Origin: Eutreptiella sp. 'Long Island Sound 2002'
Lineage: Eukaryota > Protista > Euglenida
Length of the DNA: 64,000 nucleotides
Direction: 5' to 3'
Assembly: GCA_964036045.1 (NCBI GenBank)
Contig: OZ038379.1
Span: 15,438,001 to 15,502,000, forward strand
A program made the translations under genes and the position numbers. A model generated the notes under the pieces. That model saw only the letters and a list, made by a program, of their open reading frames with translations. It did not search any database and was not told the DNA's origin. The stretch's first letter is position 1. Every line of letters begins with the position of its first letter. Positions 36,246-49,140 of the stretch are shown piece after piece.

Positions 36246-38104
36246 CGGGGCATTTTGAGTATAAACACATGGGGGTGACCAGTTCTACCAGCGCCTTCAA
36301 ATGGAGCACCAAAATTTTCCAGCTCCTGCGGCGCCAGGCAACTTCTCCATATTGGCTTGTACTATGGTCAAGACCTGTTAAACAATTTGGCCCCATAGAA
36401 AGGGGGGGGGGGGTTCAAAGACTGTATCTGGGCGCCCCCCATGGGTGCCATCATAAATCATCTGAGGACTCAAACATTTGGTCCAGTGACTGCCACAACT
36501 TCTTGAAGAATCTCTGTTCGCTCACCTCCGTACGGAACTCTGAAATCCTTGAGCTTGTTGAACTCGTTGAGCTCGTGTCCCTGACATCCTACCCCCGTCA
36601 CAGCGGGTTATCACTCACCTCTGTATTGTACCTGTCCTCCTCAATCCCACCCCCTTCCCGCCCGATTGCCGGAAACTTGAAGAATCCCTTGAGGAGTCCA
36701 ACACATTTGAAGCCATCGGCTGTAACCCCACGTGTCCCACATGCCGTCTGTCAGTGATGGCTCCTCCGAACAGCATTGCTTGTGCATGTACGCATGCGCC
36801 CTCTTGCCCACCCCTGCCATGGAGTCCGTCCCGACATTGTCGTCCACCTTCATATGCAACGAGGTCCACACCACCCGTACCATAGCCCCTGTTCCTCCCT
36901 CAAATTCAGGATGGGAGGGAATGACAAGGTGGGTAGCACATGTTTGGTGCAATGCATTGGAGGGGGAATGTCTGGGGCTCAAAATCAACTTGGACGGTCT
37001 TTGCTTGGGGTTTCAATCATTGTTGTGAGTGCCAAAACAAAGAAAAATGAAAACATTTTCGGCTTTCACACGGACCTCAAAGAGCGCATACTAAAAGATG
37101 CCACCTCGGATTCAATGCATTCAACCCTTTTGGCGAAAAAAAAGCCCTTTGTCCGTGCTCCTGCTTCTCATAACACCTGCTTTGTAAATTGTCATGAGAA
37201 TATCATGCCTAGAGTTATGAATTCATTGCTTCTAAAAGGTGATGCATGTTTCACCCTCCAAGAAAAGGCTCAACCAAAAAAAAGAATGGAGGCAATGAGT
37301 GCCATTTTCAGTGTTGTTGCACTATCTTAAAGAGAGGAATCATTTATTTCACAATGTTGGCAACACCCCTTTCTTTGTTTCTGTGAGTCCTCAACCGTCA
37401 TACCATGCAGGCTTGAGCAAGGCACATGTGCTCCTGCAAACCTTTGACAAGACATCAATGAAGAGTGACCTTTTCAAAAGCCCTGTAGCTCAATGAATGA
37501 CTTCCAAGGTACTCCTGCTCGGCAAATATGTCTACTACAACTAGACCACTTCGAGCGCTCGTGGTATGATATGTTCCTTGTGTGTGCTTGCACCTGCAAC
37601 TTGTGCCCAATACCAAATGCTACAGTGGCACCCACCGTGGTGGCATGATTCGCTTCCCGTCTGTTGTGGAGATTGTATGTTGCTTTTGACCTTTCTTTCA
37701 TGTAACTCCCATTGCTTGGAAAGTTTACCAAGGTTTAGGATTTCTTGTTTCAACCTTCTACCACTTACCAATTTTTTTTTGCCAATGGCCCCACCACAAG
37801 GGTGTTTTCAACGCAAACGGTTCTCGCATGAGGCAGTTCTTTGCTTGCATTGTCCGCACTTCATCGGATGCAGGTCAGGCAATTACACTAGTCCATCTCA
37901 GGGTCACACAGTTCGAGCATTCCTTGCTACTTGCGCTTTCATCTGATTGTGACTGGTGGTTCCCTCTCCTCTCCGCCTGACTTGGTGATTTGCACCGCCA
38001 CCTATTGCTTGACGCCGCGCCCCTTGGCGACTTTTCTCCTGCTACTCCCTTGTTTGCCCCTCCGTTGATCATTGCCGCCTCCTAACTTTATGCACCACCG
38101 ACAT

Positions 38105-38479
38105 CTATGCCTACTTGTCGGCTTCCTCATTATGTGGCACTTTGTTGTGCCTGTACATATGAGTCACTTGGAACGAGCCTACTCTCGTGGTAATCATGGC
38201 ATATATATCCTCCCAAACACCGTGCTGCCTGATTGGCCTCCTGCCCTTCGTGTGCCACTTTTGGCGCTTATATTGTGCCATGTTGTCCAAAATATCTACG
38301 CACCACTTGGAATCAATGTACAGCCCGTCGTTCTTGTGAGCCGCCCGCACTGTAGAAACCTCTGCACGATTGTCTGTCTGCCCCGACACTGGTTGACTTA
38401 CATTGGTGTACTCCCCAAAAGGAAGGAACACCCTGTATCTCACTTGCCCTCCCTCCACTAACCCATCCACAGGGGTCAT
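38105..38479 (-). pseudogene. RNase H1-like domain, premature stop
   Basis: PVDG...GQTDNRAEV...YIDSKWC...VTHMYRHNKVPHNEEADK*: all four acidic catalytic positions can be aligned. Confidence 0.75.
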
Positions 38480-38704
38480 TGATATCGGTAATTTCGGACA
38501 TGGTGATGATTCGCCTACTTTTGGGGGGGTCCTTAAAAAGGGGGGGGGGGTTATTTAAAAAATGACACCTAAAATTTGACCCTTGGAAAAAAAGGGGGGG
38601 GTTCTCTGTTGTACGAAAAGTTGGACGTAAACCGGCAAATTTGGACGTAAAATAAGACAAAAGTGATTTGCACCCAATGTTCTATGCAACATACTCAAGC
38701 CAAG

Positions 38705-38780
38705 GACGCGGTGGCCTAAGGGGTAAGCATTTAGGAAGCGGGCTCCTCCACTCTAAGCCCTCACCAGGTTGCAGGGCTGG
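38705..38780 (+). pseudogene. tRNA-like / SINE head remnant
   Basis: GACGCGGTGGCCTAAGGGGTAAGC resembles a tRNA 5' half with an A box. No intact B box. Confidence 0.35.
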
Positions 38781-40619
38781 TGCCTAAAGCCGCCTACACC
38801 CCTTGCCAAGAGGGGGGCCGTTTCCTCAATCGCATCGGCCATGCAGCCCACGGCCCCAAACAGACTGCATGCATTGGCCACACAGCTTGTAGTTCATCAA
38901 GAAGTGCACTGGCAGATCCTTCTGGGGCTAGGCATGGCCGCAACGACCGTTTCCAGTGTACTTCATTTGAACATTACCGGATTCCATCAGCTGCTGATCC
39001 GGAAACACATATGCAACATGACACAAAGGAAGATAGCAAGAGTTAAAATAGGGTCGCCTATTAAGGGTTTACCATTGTCAACACTGCCACCTAGCTCCTA
39101 CCTCCGAAAAAAAGGGGGGGTTTTGTTGATGCGCATAATGTCAGTTTTCACTAGTTTCGGGGGCTTGGAAAAACCCGGGGGGTTTACACAAACCATCATG
39201 ATGTCCAAACATTCCCAAAGTCGATGACCCCTGCCCATCCACCCATGCATGGACGCACGGTGTGATGTGATACTCTTGGGGAAATTGCGGCACAACCTCC
39301 ACATCGGACATGCCTTCCAAAAAATTTGACGCCAATGGATCCTAGCTTGCTTGGACGCTATCTGAACTGTTCCGGTGGGGCGTGCACCCCTCCATGTGCG
39401 CAAACGTGGACGACCAATCACACTCCACGTCATCCGGCATTGCGGCCCCCCGCCCTAGCGAATTGTTGTCATCAGCCACGCCCAGCTCTCGCTCCAACAT
39501 ATTGACACGCGTACACGTTGGTGACCACAATCGCCCTTGGCTTCCAATGTCTCTGATGCTCCCTTGTACTCCTAGTTTAGCAAAAATACACGCAAACATG
39601 CAACAACACCACATGCAACTGAACTTGGTAGCGTGCCGCACTCCCCTACAAACTGGAAAATCAGTCCATGACAAAGGCAATGCACACGACACACAAGCAC
39701 GCACACCCACTACCATACAGAGCTAAACCATAGCTCAGGCCACCCCCCCTGCCTTGAGCTAAGATTCATCACACGGGTGTATGCACTACTTGTGTGTGTG
39801 GGGGGGGGGGTCATCTTTTAGAGCGCACTCGTCTATTGAGGCCCAGAACGCTAGGGACAATAATGGTCAGTTTTGATCAATTGAATCTCCCCGCCATAGA
39901 CAATTTCAACCATCAATACAAATTGTGTGCCGCTACCAATCACACACATGGCACCAAGACGCTGGTGCACCTAGGGTTGGTTGCAAACAAAGCAAATGTT
40001 GTGTCTCACCCCGCCCCTACCCTCTCAACTAGCCTTGGGAGGCACAACACAACGGGACTGATGGAGAAACACTAAGTGGCTTCGCCGGACGCCTTGCCAT
40101 GCTACCGCCCCTCTGTGGTAGTGGGGCGCCCCCAAGGTGAAGCCTAGAGACAACAACGTGCCCCTGTTCGCCCCCAAGCCTCCACCCGCCACCACCACGC
40201 TGGCCCCGTTGCCGCCCATTTGACCAGTTGCTGCTCAAGCACCCCCCCTGGAAGCAAAGCCCGGCCCCAGTACTGCCCCCTCTGCCCTTGGTGGTTGTGA
40301 AACCAATGCCTACACCGAGCGCCACACTCCGCTGCTCCCTGTGCCAACATTGGCAACAAAACAGTAACATATTTAAGAGGGAGAATATTGGCTTGCTACA
40401 CACGCATCCGTATAGCCTGGCCCGCGTCCAAAAAGTACCCGATTTTCAGAGGTGGAAGTGCATGCTAGAATGAGGGACCAAGCCTAGCAAAAGGCATGTA
40501 TCGAGCCATACAAAGTGCCCGTGCCCGTCGTGCCTCTATGTAGCATGCACCCACCTACGTATGGAATGGGACCCACATCTCCACGAGGCCTACCGCATGT
40601 GGTCCGAACGCACACAACC

Positions 40620-41050
40620 ATATGTTGTCTTCGCGGGCGCTTTCACGGGCACAAGTATAGCCGATGTTGCCCGCACACCCTACCCGGAGCTTTGCACACA
40701 CCTTTGCGGGCACCCGGGCCTGGGCCTCCCGCACACACCCCTCCGGGCACTCCAGCAACAAGTTTGCCCTCCACTTGTGCTAGCACCTCCACGGGCACTT
40801 TTGCGGGCACATCTGTTGCCAATCTTGCCCGATGGGGCTTCACGGGCACTTTTGCGGGCAGCCGGGCCCAGACCTCCCGTGCGCACCCTTCCGCGCACTT
40901 CCTCGGACAATGTGCGCCCAATACTTTCGGGTGCGCCTTCATGGGCCTTATTGCCCACAATGCGGCGGCCACTATTGCCCACACACTTTACCCGGGGGTT
41001 CGCGGGCACAAGGGGAGAGCTTTCCACACGCATCCCCATGCGCACCCCCC
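40620..41050. repeat. GC-rich satellite-like repeat, same family as 43680-44480
   Basis: Shared gccaatcttgccc, gggcacttttgcgggcac and cccctccgggcactcc motifs. Confidence 0.8.
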
Positions 41051-41129
41051 CCCCAAGCGGTATGTTCAGCATTAGGGCATACAAAGCAACTACAACAGTG
41101 CCTTACAATCAGTGTGCGGACCATCCTCC

Positions 41130-41850
41130 CACTCACTTCACATGCATGTGTACTAAGTTGACGGATAGTCTGCACACCGAATGTAGTGTAGTGTGACGCC
41201 CCAAGCAACCAAGCAACGGCAACACTGCTCTACACTTCGTGGGCAGGCCATCCTCGAACTCACTGCACAGGCATGTGTGCTGAGTTGACAGATAGTCTGC
41301 ACACTGAATGTAGTGCAGTGACGCCCCAAGCAACGTAACAACAACAAGGCCGCATTGCACTTAGTGTGTAGACCATGCTGCCACGCAGTTCACATGCATG
41401 TGTACTGAGTTGACGGATCATTTGCACACTGAATGCAGTGCAGTGTGATGCCCCAAGCAACAAAGCAGCTGCACAAACTACTTTACACGTAGTGTGCATA
41501 TCATCCTCCAACTCACTGCACATGCATGTGTACTGAGTTGACGGATAGTTTGAACATTGAATGTAGTGCAGTGCAAAACCTAAAGCAACAAAGCAAGAGC
41601 CAAACTGCATTACATTTAGTGTGTGTGGCATCCTCAACTCGGTGCACATGCATGTCAGTTGACGGACAAGGGCACACTGAATGTAGTGCAATGTGACGCC
41701 CCAAGCAACGAAACTACAACAAAACCGCATTGCACTTAGTGTGCACACCATGCTGCCACTCAGTTCACATGCATGTGTACTGAGTGACCAGTGAGTGACT
41801 GAGTGACTAGTCTGCACACTCGATGTAGTGCAGTGTGAGGCATAGCAACA
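41130..41850. repeat. ~125-bp tandem satellite, 6 copies
   Basis: The anchor agttgac or its variant recurs at 41156, 41283, 41408, 41536, 41657 and 41783. Confidence 0.9.
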
Positions 41851-41917
41851 AAGCAAAATCAACAAAAACCTTCTTTCATGGGAAAGCCCATATTAATGAA
41901 CGGCTTTGAACCATTCT

Positions 41918-42128
41918 GGCCCAACCTTGCCCAAGGGTGGGGGCATTTCAGTCACCAACTTTGAACAAGTGCTCCATCTTGGCCCTAGCTAGCCCAAGGG
42001 TGGGGCCCTTTCATTCATCGGACCTCATTAACCACTCCGGCCCCACTGAGCCCAAAGGTGGGGCCCTTTCAAGCACAGAACTCTGAAGGAAAGTTCTGGC
42101 CCCACCTTGCTCTATTGGGGCCCTTTCA
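41918..42128. repeat. Array of four 31-33-bp palindromic repeats separated by 25-30-nt variable spacers
   Basis: Repeats at 41918-41950, 41981-42013, 42039-42071 and 42098-42128. Consensus GGCCCCACCTTGCCCAAGGGTGGGGCCCTTTCA. Confidence 0.8.
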
Positions 42129-42347
42129 TTCATTCACTGAGAATAAGAGCAGAAGGGGAGGAACCTGTTGAGGAGAATACAGCCCACCAACACCAAGTTG
42201 ACGTTGTCTACAGCAGTAGACTGTGATGTTATCTGGAGATCATCGGACCTCTGGGGAAAAAAAAAAGAGGCATACCCTCCCAAAACTTAGTGTACACATC
42301 TTGAACCCCTCCCCAAACCTAATGCACACCATGAATGTGACATGATA

Positions 42348-42460
42348 TCACATCACATCACATCACATCACATCACATCACATCACATCACATCACATCA
42401 CATCACATCACATCACATCACATCACATCACATCACATCACATCACATCACATCACATCA
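42348..42460. repeat. (CACAT)n microsatellite, ~22 copies, with a degenerate tail to ~42545
   Basis: Direct inspection. Confidence 0.97.
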
Positions 42461-43679
42461 CGTCACGTTGCATCAACGTACATCGCATCACACCACAAAA
42501 CATCAAATCACACGGCATGGAATCACATCACACCACATTGCATCACAGTTCGAGGGGTCAACGGGTCGGACTTTGTGGCCGGCAGGGGGTGGGGACACCT
42601 AAGGGGACCATCTTCCTGAGGGACTTAAATTGGCTTTCCCTCCTTGGTGTTTACAAGCCGGACGCTCTGATGCTTTTTGTTTTGCATCCCACCTCTCCAA
42701 ACATACAACCCCCCTTGCGACGCAACAGCAAGGCGGCATTGCCTTATAGTTGGGATTTCTCCTGGTTTGTACAGTTACTTTTTCTGCAACCACCCACACC
42801 CCTACCCACACCACCATCACCACCAAAACCGAAAGTGCAAACTCCTACCATCCCGCTTCACACCATCTTCTTGGTGTGCGCCACCCTCCTCCCCCAACCC
42901 CTATTTCCCAAATTCACGGTCCCCATTTTTAGTGCTGAGGCACAGTGGTGGTGCTAACGGGAACGTGGACGATGCCGGCACATGGTCACACGACAGTTCA
43001 TTACATTGCAATTCCACGGAATGCAACCGATGCAAGTTTGGTGATATGGGGCAACAACAATCCCAACTACAAGGTAATGTCCAATCAATGTGAGTCGGAC
43101 AGTGCTGGGCTGACACCTAGGGGAACAGAATGAACACACCCAGGTGTGGTGTATTTCGGTGGATGACATACACCATCTTGTCCACATCCAACGTCACTTC
43201 ACCCCCCCCCCAAAAAAAGCACCTTCATCGGATGTAGCGACCACCTAAGGGGCTTTGCGGTTAAACAAAACACTAGCACAGGTAAAACATGGGATGATGT
43301 GGGGGGAAATACAATCAGTGGGATGATAACTTTGTCGTTAACCCCCATGGAATTTCCATGGGATAGGGGCAGCAGTTTTGGGTGGCACAGCCCATGGGAG
43401 TGGGGTGGTGAACTAGTAAAACGGAAAAAGAGAAAGCAAATGACCCTACTGTAGGTGTCCGCAACTTCGGGGGTTGGGGAGGAGGGTGGTGGTTTGTGTA
43501 TCAATGAATTGTTCTGTGGCACAACGAAGAGAGGGGAACACTCATGCATGAGCAGTGGTGACACAATTGAATTTGAATCGTTGGGCATGCCGGTGGGCAA
43601 CGAAATGTTTTATGTCCTTGGCTAAGCACAGAAAAGCCAAAAAGAAAATGTACAAGCACTCGCCAACACAAGGGTCTTT

Positions 43680-44480
43680 TTTTGCGGACCCGTCTACAGC
43701 CAATCTTGTCTGCAGACCCTGCCTAGAGCCACGCAAACACTTTTCTAGGCATTGCAACGGGAGCCCTTCACACGCACCCAAACCCAAACTGCCTCAAGCA
43801 TTGTGCCCGGAGTTTGTGCTAGCGCCTTCGCAGCCACTTTTGCGGGCACCTTTGCAGCCAATCTTGCTTGCACACCCTACCTAGGGCTTCGTGGGCACTT
43901 TTGCAAGCACTAGGGCGCAAGCCCCCCACGCGCACCCAATCCCGCACTCCCCCGGGCATTGTGCCCTGAGTTTGTGCCACCGCCTTCGCAGGCACTTTTA
44001 CAGACACCTTTGCAGCCAATCTTGCCCGCAGACCCTGCCCGGGGCTAGGCGGGCACTTTTGAGAGTAGAAGGGCACGAGTCTCCCACGTGCACCCCATCT
44101 CAAACTTACTTAGGCACCGTGCCCTGAGTTTGTGCCACCACCTTTGCGGGCACTTCTTTGGGCACCTTTGCGGCCAATCTTGCCCGCACACCCTGCCCAG
44201 GGCTTCGCATGCACTTTTGCGGGCACTAGGGCGCGAGCCTCCCACACACACCCAATCCCGCACTCCCCTAGGCACGGTGCCCTGAGTTTGTGCCAACGCC
44301 TTCATAGGCACATTTGCGGGCACATTTGCAGCCAATCTTGCCCGCACACCCTACCCGGGGTTTCACGGGCACTTTTGCGGGCACCCGGGCCTGCACCTCC
44401 TACGCGCACCCCTCCGGGCACTCCAACAAGCAGTCTGCCCTCCACTTGTGCCAACGCCTTCGCGGGTACTTTTACAAGCA
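43680..44480. repeat. 158-bp tandem satellite, ~4-5 copies
   Basis: The unit start gtgccc(tg)agtttgtg recurs at 43803, 43961, 44119 and 44277. Confidence 0.92.
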
Positions 44481-46519
44481 AGGGATCACGTATAGTTACG
44501 CGCACCTGTACCCGTAGCGTGCGATGCAACTTGGCTCGCATCTTTACCAACAAAAAGGGCATCCAAAAGGCATGAAAGATTTTTCGGTGCGTCATGGAAT
44601 TGTGCACAACCGGAGGGTACAACATTGCTTGTCGCTATTGAATATGTCTCACATTGTGGCATGCCAACATCAGGGATGACGATTGGTGGCCTTATCTTGG
44701 CCCGCATGCCAATAGGCGGCATCGCGCCACCCATTCTGTGCCCACCCCCAAAACTATTGGTCACAACCTCTCAGCATGCACGCGCAAGTGGTCTCGACGG
44801 CTGCCCATCCATGCACATGGCGACTCATGCGAGGTCGCTTAGCTGACAAGCCATAGCTTGCATCTTGGTAGGCCCGTGGCTGCTTAAAGGGATGGTGTTC
44901 CTCAGTGCGAGTCGGGTGTCTTTGATGGTCCATTCCTTGGCGGTGGACCGACATTCTACTACTCCTTGGAATATATCTTTTCAACCCCGGCAAGGTAGGC
45001 CTATTGACGGGTGTACGCATGACCCACTTGTTTGTTCACTGTGTACGTAGACATCTTGTGTGTCCCCTACGGCAGCAATGACACACTCCTCAGTGGGTTC
45101 CTTGACATATTTGGCATGCTAGATGCTAATGGGAAGAGCCAAATGTGCCTCACTCCGCCTTGTTTCCTTTGTACGCTTCGACAACTAGCCTTGCACTGTG
45201 AAGCCCTCTTGCTCACTGGGAGTGGGATCAGCAAGAAGAAATTGCCAAAGATAATTATTTTTAAGGGCAGAGCCCTCGCCCCCCCCCCCCTATCCCATGT
45301 AGGAGCACTGGCATCGCGCAATCGATCCATTTGCGGGCATCGGTTTGGGTTGCAGGCACCATTGCCATCCACATGCCTTGGAGGCTCTAGCCTTGCCCCA
45401 TGTCCACTTGTTGGACCTCTTTCCAACACCACCTCTCTTCACAATGTTGGCACTGCTGTGCAACTGTGTCATCATCTCCCGTAGACACATGAAGTACGGC
45501 CTAGCTTATGCCAAAACTACTGTGTCTACCTCCCCAGTGGAACCGTTAAGCAGCCTCGTGTTGTAGCTGGTGCCAGCGGTACATTGCCGATCTTCAATGC
45601 CTTGTTAGCCATCGCTATTGCCACTACAAGCACCCATCCCCTTTCTTGTAGCGGCAGCTTCGTGCCCGATTGCTCAAGTGCCCTAAAGGGGGGATTAGGC
45701 AGCCCAAGTGGGCCTGAAAAGTTCCATAAGTTCCACAAGGTCCACAAGTTCCATAAAGGTACTTGACAAAGGGACCCCCCCACCCAAACATGGGGTGGGG
45801 AGGACACGGGGGTATCTGTCATCAAGGAGCAGTATGTGCCCTCCCCCCGGTCAATCTCCTTGCTACCGCACAGTGGTTCCTGCACACCACCAAGGGAACA
45901 CGGCCAAAATGGCCAAAAGGAAGACCCACCTCCCTCCCCTCCCCCATCCCACGGGGGAACTTCAAGGAACAGAACACACAACACACCTGGTAATGTACAA
46001 CATTGTGGCCTCCTTGCTCTTTGCTTTGCTAGCAACTATATTCAGTACACAAGGCACAACGAGCATTGCCCCTGTCACTTCCTTATGAACCTTGCCGTCC
46101 CATTTGCCGCTCCAAATCGTGACGGGGCGGGGCGGGGCTTCACTCTGTGGATGTTGGCCGGTTGCGCAGAACTAGGTGTACTCATCACCACCGCCACACC
46201 AATAGCTGGCAATGAAACAATAAATTGGTACTTAGAAATGATCCATGCATCAGATAGAGTAGTCGTGTAAAGCAACCTTTGGCACATGTATCTTTTTTTT
46301 GGGGAGGGGGGTAGAGTGTACGAGCGGGCGAGCCCCACTCAACTTATCGTACTCAAGATAATTCTCAGACTCAATGCTCAGAGATATCTAGCTCGAGGAT
46401 AAGTGGAATCTGAAGCCACAGAATGAAGTGGAAAACTGCCCGTTGCTTGCAGCCTTGCCGTGTACGTCTAATGTCCTAAACAATTGTGGATAGATGCACC
46501 GACGGCACACCCACCACCT

Positions 46520-46900
46520 AATCTTGTTGTACTACAAGCCGGTCATCAGTTGCAACGAACCACTCAAAGGTGGTCAAAGCTGTGCCAATGTATGTTGAGC
46601 AAAAATTGCTGTCGGTGTTTGGAGCTACAGTTGTCACCCATGGGAGCTGGGTCGTAGGAGTGCAGGATGTGGTCAACCTTTTGGCCACACAATGGCGACA
46701 AAAACTGAAATCTAGAGTGTGAAGAATGCAAATATAAAGGAGTGTGGGCCACGTGAACTGGTGTGTGAGATAATTTGGGCTCTGCAACTGGTGGTGTATC
46801 TGCATTGGGGAACTGGTGGGCTGAGCCATCAGTCCACATGAATGTGAATCGCTGGAAAACAAGGGGTATGGAGCTGTTTCTCCACTTTTTTGGCATGGTC
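46520..46900 (-). pseudogene. Possible DDE transposase remnant
   Basis: FTFMWTDGSAHQFPN followed in another frame by FEWFVAT. This resembles the WSDGxxxQFKN...WxFFATxHGK motif pair of eukaryotic DDE transposases. Confidence 0.3.
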
Positions 46901-48954
46901 TGTTTTATGTTCCAAGCGACGTGCAGCTGCAGCCCTTAACTGCGCCTTTGATAGCAGAGGTTGAGAATGCCTGGAGGAGTAGAGAGGGACAGTTCGATGG
47001 AGGCATCATATTGGGGGGGGGGGGGGGGGAGCCTAATCAAGGTGAGCACAGCAAAAGTGCCCGTAGGTTTGGTTGACTTACCTTGGACCTTGGTCCTTGG
47101 CTAACAGCCACCTACCAAGAGCTACTGGACCGCAACCACTCAAAGGCACATAAATTTCAAAAAGAGTGGGAAGGAGGGACAACACAAATTGGGGTGTAAA
47201 ACACGCACTGGCATTGAAAAACACGCAGTCAACACGCAATGTCAGAGCGCGAACCTTCTGCATGTTGCCTGTAAAAAGGTGCAGGTGCCTGGTAAGGTCA
47301 AATCCACATAGAGCAGATAGGCGTAGAGAGGGGAAGGTTATCATCGTCATCATATTAGGGAGGTGAATAGCCGTCAGCAGCCTCAGGAGGTGGGCTGGGC
47401 ATATCTGGGCGCCTGCACTGGAAGCCAGGCACAGGCAAGGTAACCTGTTCCCACCGGCCTCCACTTCATTGGGCTGTGTGTGTGTGTTGGGAGGGAGGAA
47501 AGCACGGGGGACACCAGCATGGGTCAGCAGAGTCAGACTGCCTATCGGAAAACCGCAGGTTCAAATGAATCCAGAGGTAAGGCAACAGTTCAACCTACAA
47601 CGGGAAGTGAATGGACAGTGGTGAAGGCCACAGGTCATGGATTGTTGAAACGCTCAAGCCAGGCCCTGGGTCGAACTCCACACGCTCTCTGTATGGCTTG
47701 TTGGCGCCAGAGCATCACATACACAGAGCATCTGCATAATCAAAAGCACCCTTTCCTCATACAGGATCGGTTCAAGCTCTTCTTCGCAATTGGGCTATAA
47801 CTGTTGCTGTCCTGCTCCACCTTCGGTATTTACAATGATGGTGATCAAGTAGGTACAATGTTGTGGGTACAATTTTATAATTTTTTATCCCGTGGCCTGT
47901 GTTGCGAAAAAATGCAAGGTGTTGTTTCCTCAACTTTTTGGGCCCGAATTATTTTTTGGACAAGGAGGGGGGGAGGGGGGGCTGGCAGTGACCGGGGTTA
48001 CTGCCTCTATAATCTGAAACATCGCTGTATGATGCACCTGTAGGGCAAGATGCCGATGGTGCCACTAATCGAAAATTGCTCCCGGGCCACACAAAGTGCT
48101 GTAGTACGCCAAAACCCTGCTGACGAGGGAGGGGCATTGATAAAAGGCAAAGTAGGACATGGTTCCAAAAGATGCGGAAACAACACCTCGCGTTGGTTGG
48201 ACAAGGGCGTTGTTTGGCCATGAATCAGCGATGGTCACTGGGGCCTCACGGCGCCTTGCTGGACAGCCTGGACAGCCTGTAAGGCGCCATCAGGCGCCTA
48301 CACAGACTGTCCTGCAGTGCCTGAGATCGTCACTGACGCTCCCAAAGCTCTGGTCACTGGTCAGGCTTTGGCTCCCTGTTGCCCTTCCCTGCGCCGTCTC
48401 TTTCAGGTATCACTCACATCCGTACTGAAGCCCACACTGTCACTGTCCAACCCCCGCAGCAAACTTGTACCACTGCTGTCCGTGCTGTGGGACAGTGAGG
48501 AGGCTGGACAGGGCTCCGATGTGGATTCAGGGGGGGGGGGGGGGTTACCGCCAGTACCTCCAGTCATGGGCTGGTTTGGACGTGCAGCTCAGATGGTGAG
48601 GAGCTGTTCAGCACCAGGAGGTTGATAGAGTGCGACAGTGACAGTGAGGGTCAGCATCGGCTCCAGCCCCAGAGCCTCCCACAGCTACCCTCCGGCGCTT
48701 GGAGAGCGGCAGTAGATTATTTGGATGCAGCACCCTGCCCTGATTGGCCAGGTAGGGCATTATTGGAGGGGGGGGGAAGGTGCCACGGTCACAGCTGTGA
48801 TGCTTGTTGGTTGTGTAGCACCTCATGAACAGCCCCACTCCAAGGTTGTGCAAGCACGCCCAAGGTCAGGGAAGACAACAATCAGACAGGGATGCCGCCT
48901 TGCACCACACGCAGATACTTCACCACAGACCTGAAGCTGAACGTCGGCTTATTC

Positions 48955-49110
48955 CATGGCCTGCAATTTTGTGCAGTCCCCGGAAGAAAAAGGATATTGG
49001 TATGAGCCTGGGGGGGGGGGGGGGATTGCGGTCCCCCAAGCCTGAAAAAATTGCGATAAATTGCAGTAAAATTGCGGTAAAATTGCGGTACATTTTTTTT
49101 GGTCCCCAAA
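48955..49110. repeat. Short repeat with aaattgcg(g/a)t subrepeats and a poly-G tract
   Basis: aaattgcgat/aaattgcagt/aaattgcggt x4. Confidence 0.65.
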
Positions 49111-49140
49111 CTCTATGCCAGGCATGAGCAGCAGTGGAGC

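Noticed and set aside
41918-42128. Bona fide CRISPR array
   Set aside because: Eukaryotic context, no cas genes, variable repeats and weakly related spacers. Kept only as a hairpin-repeat array.
45330-45400. HVDGNGACNPN as an RNase H DG motif
   Set aside because: No other RNase H motifs follow at suitable spacing.
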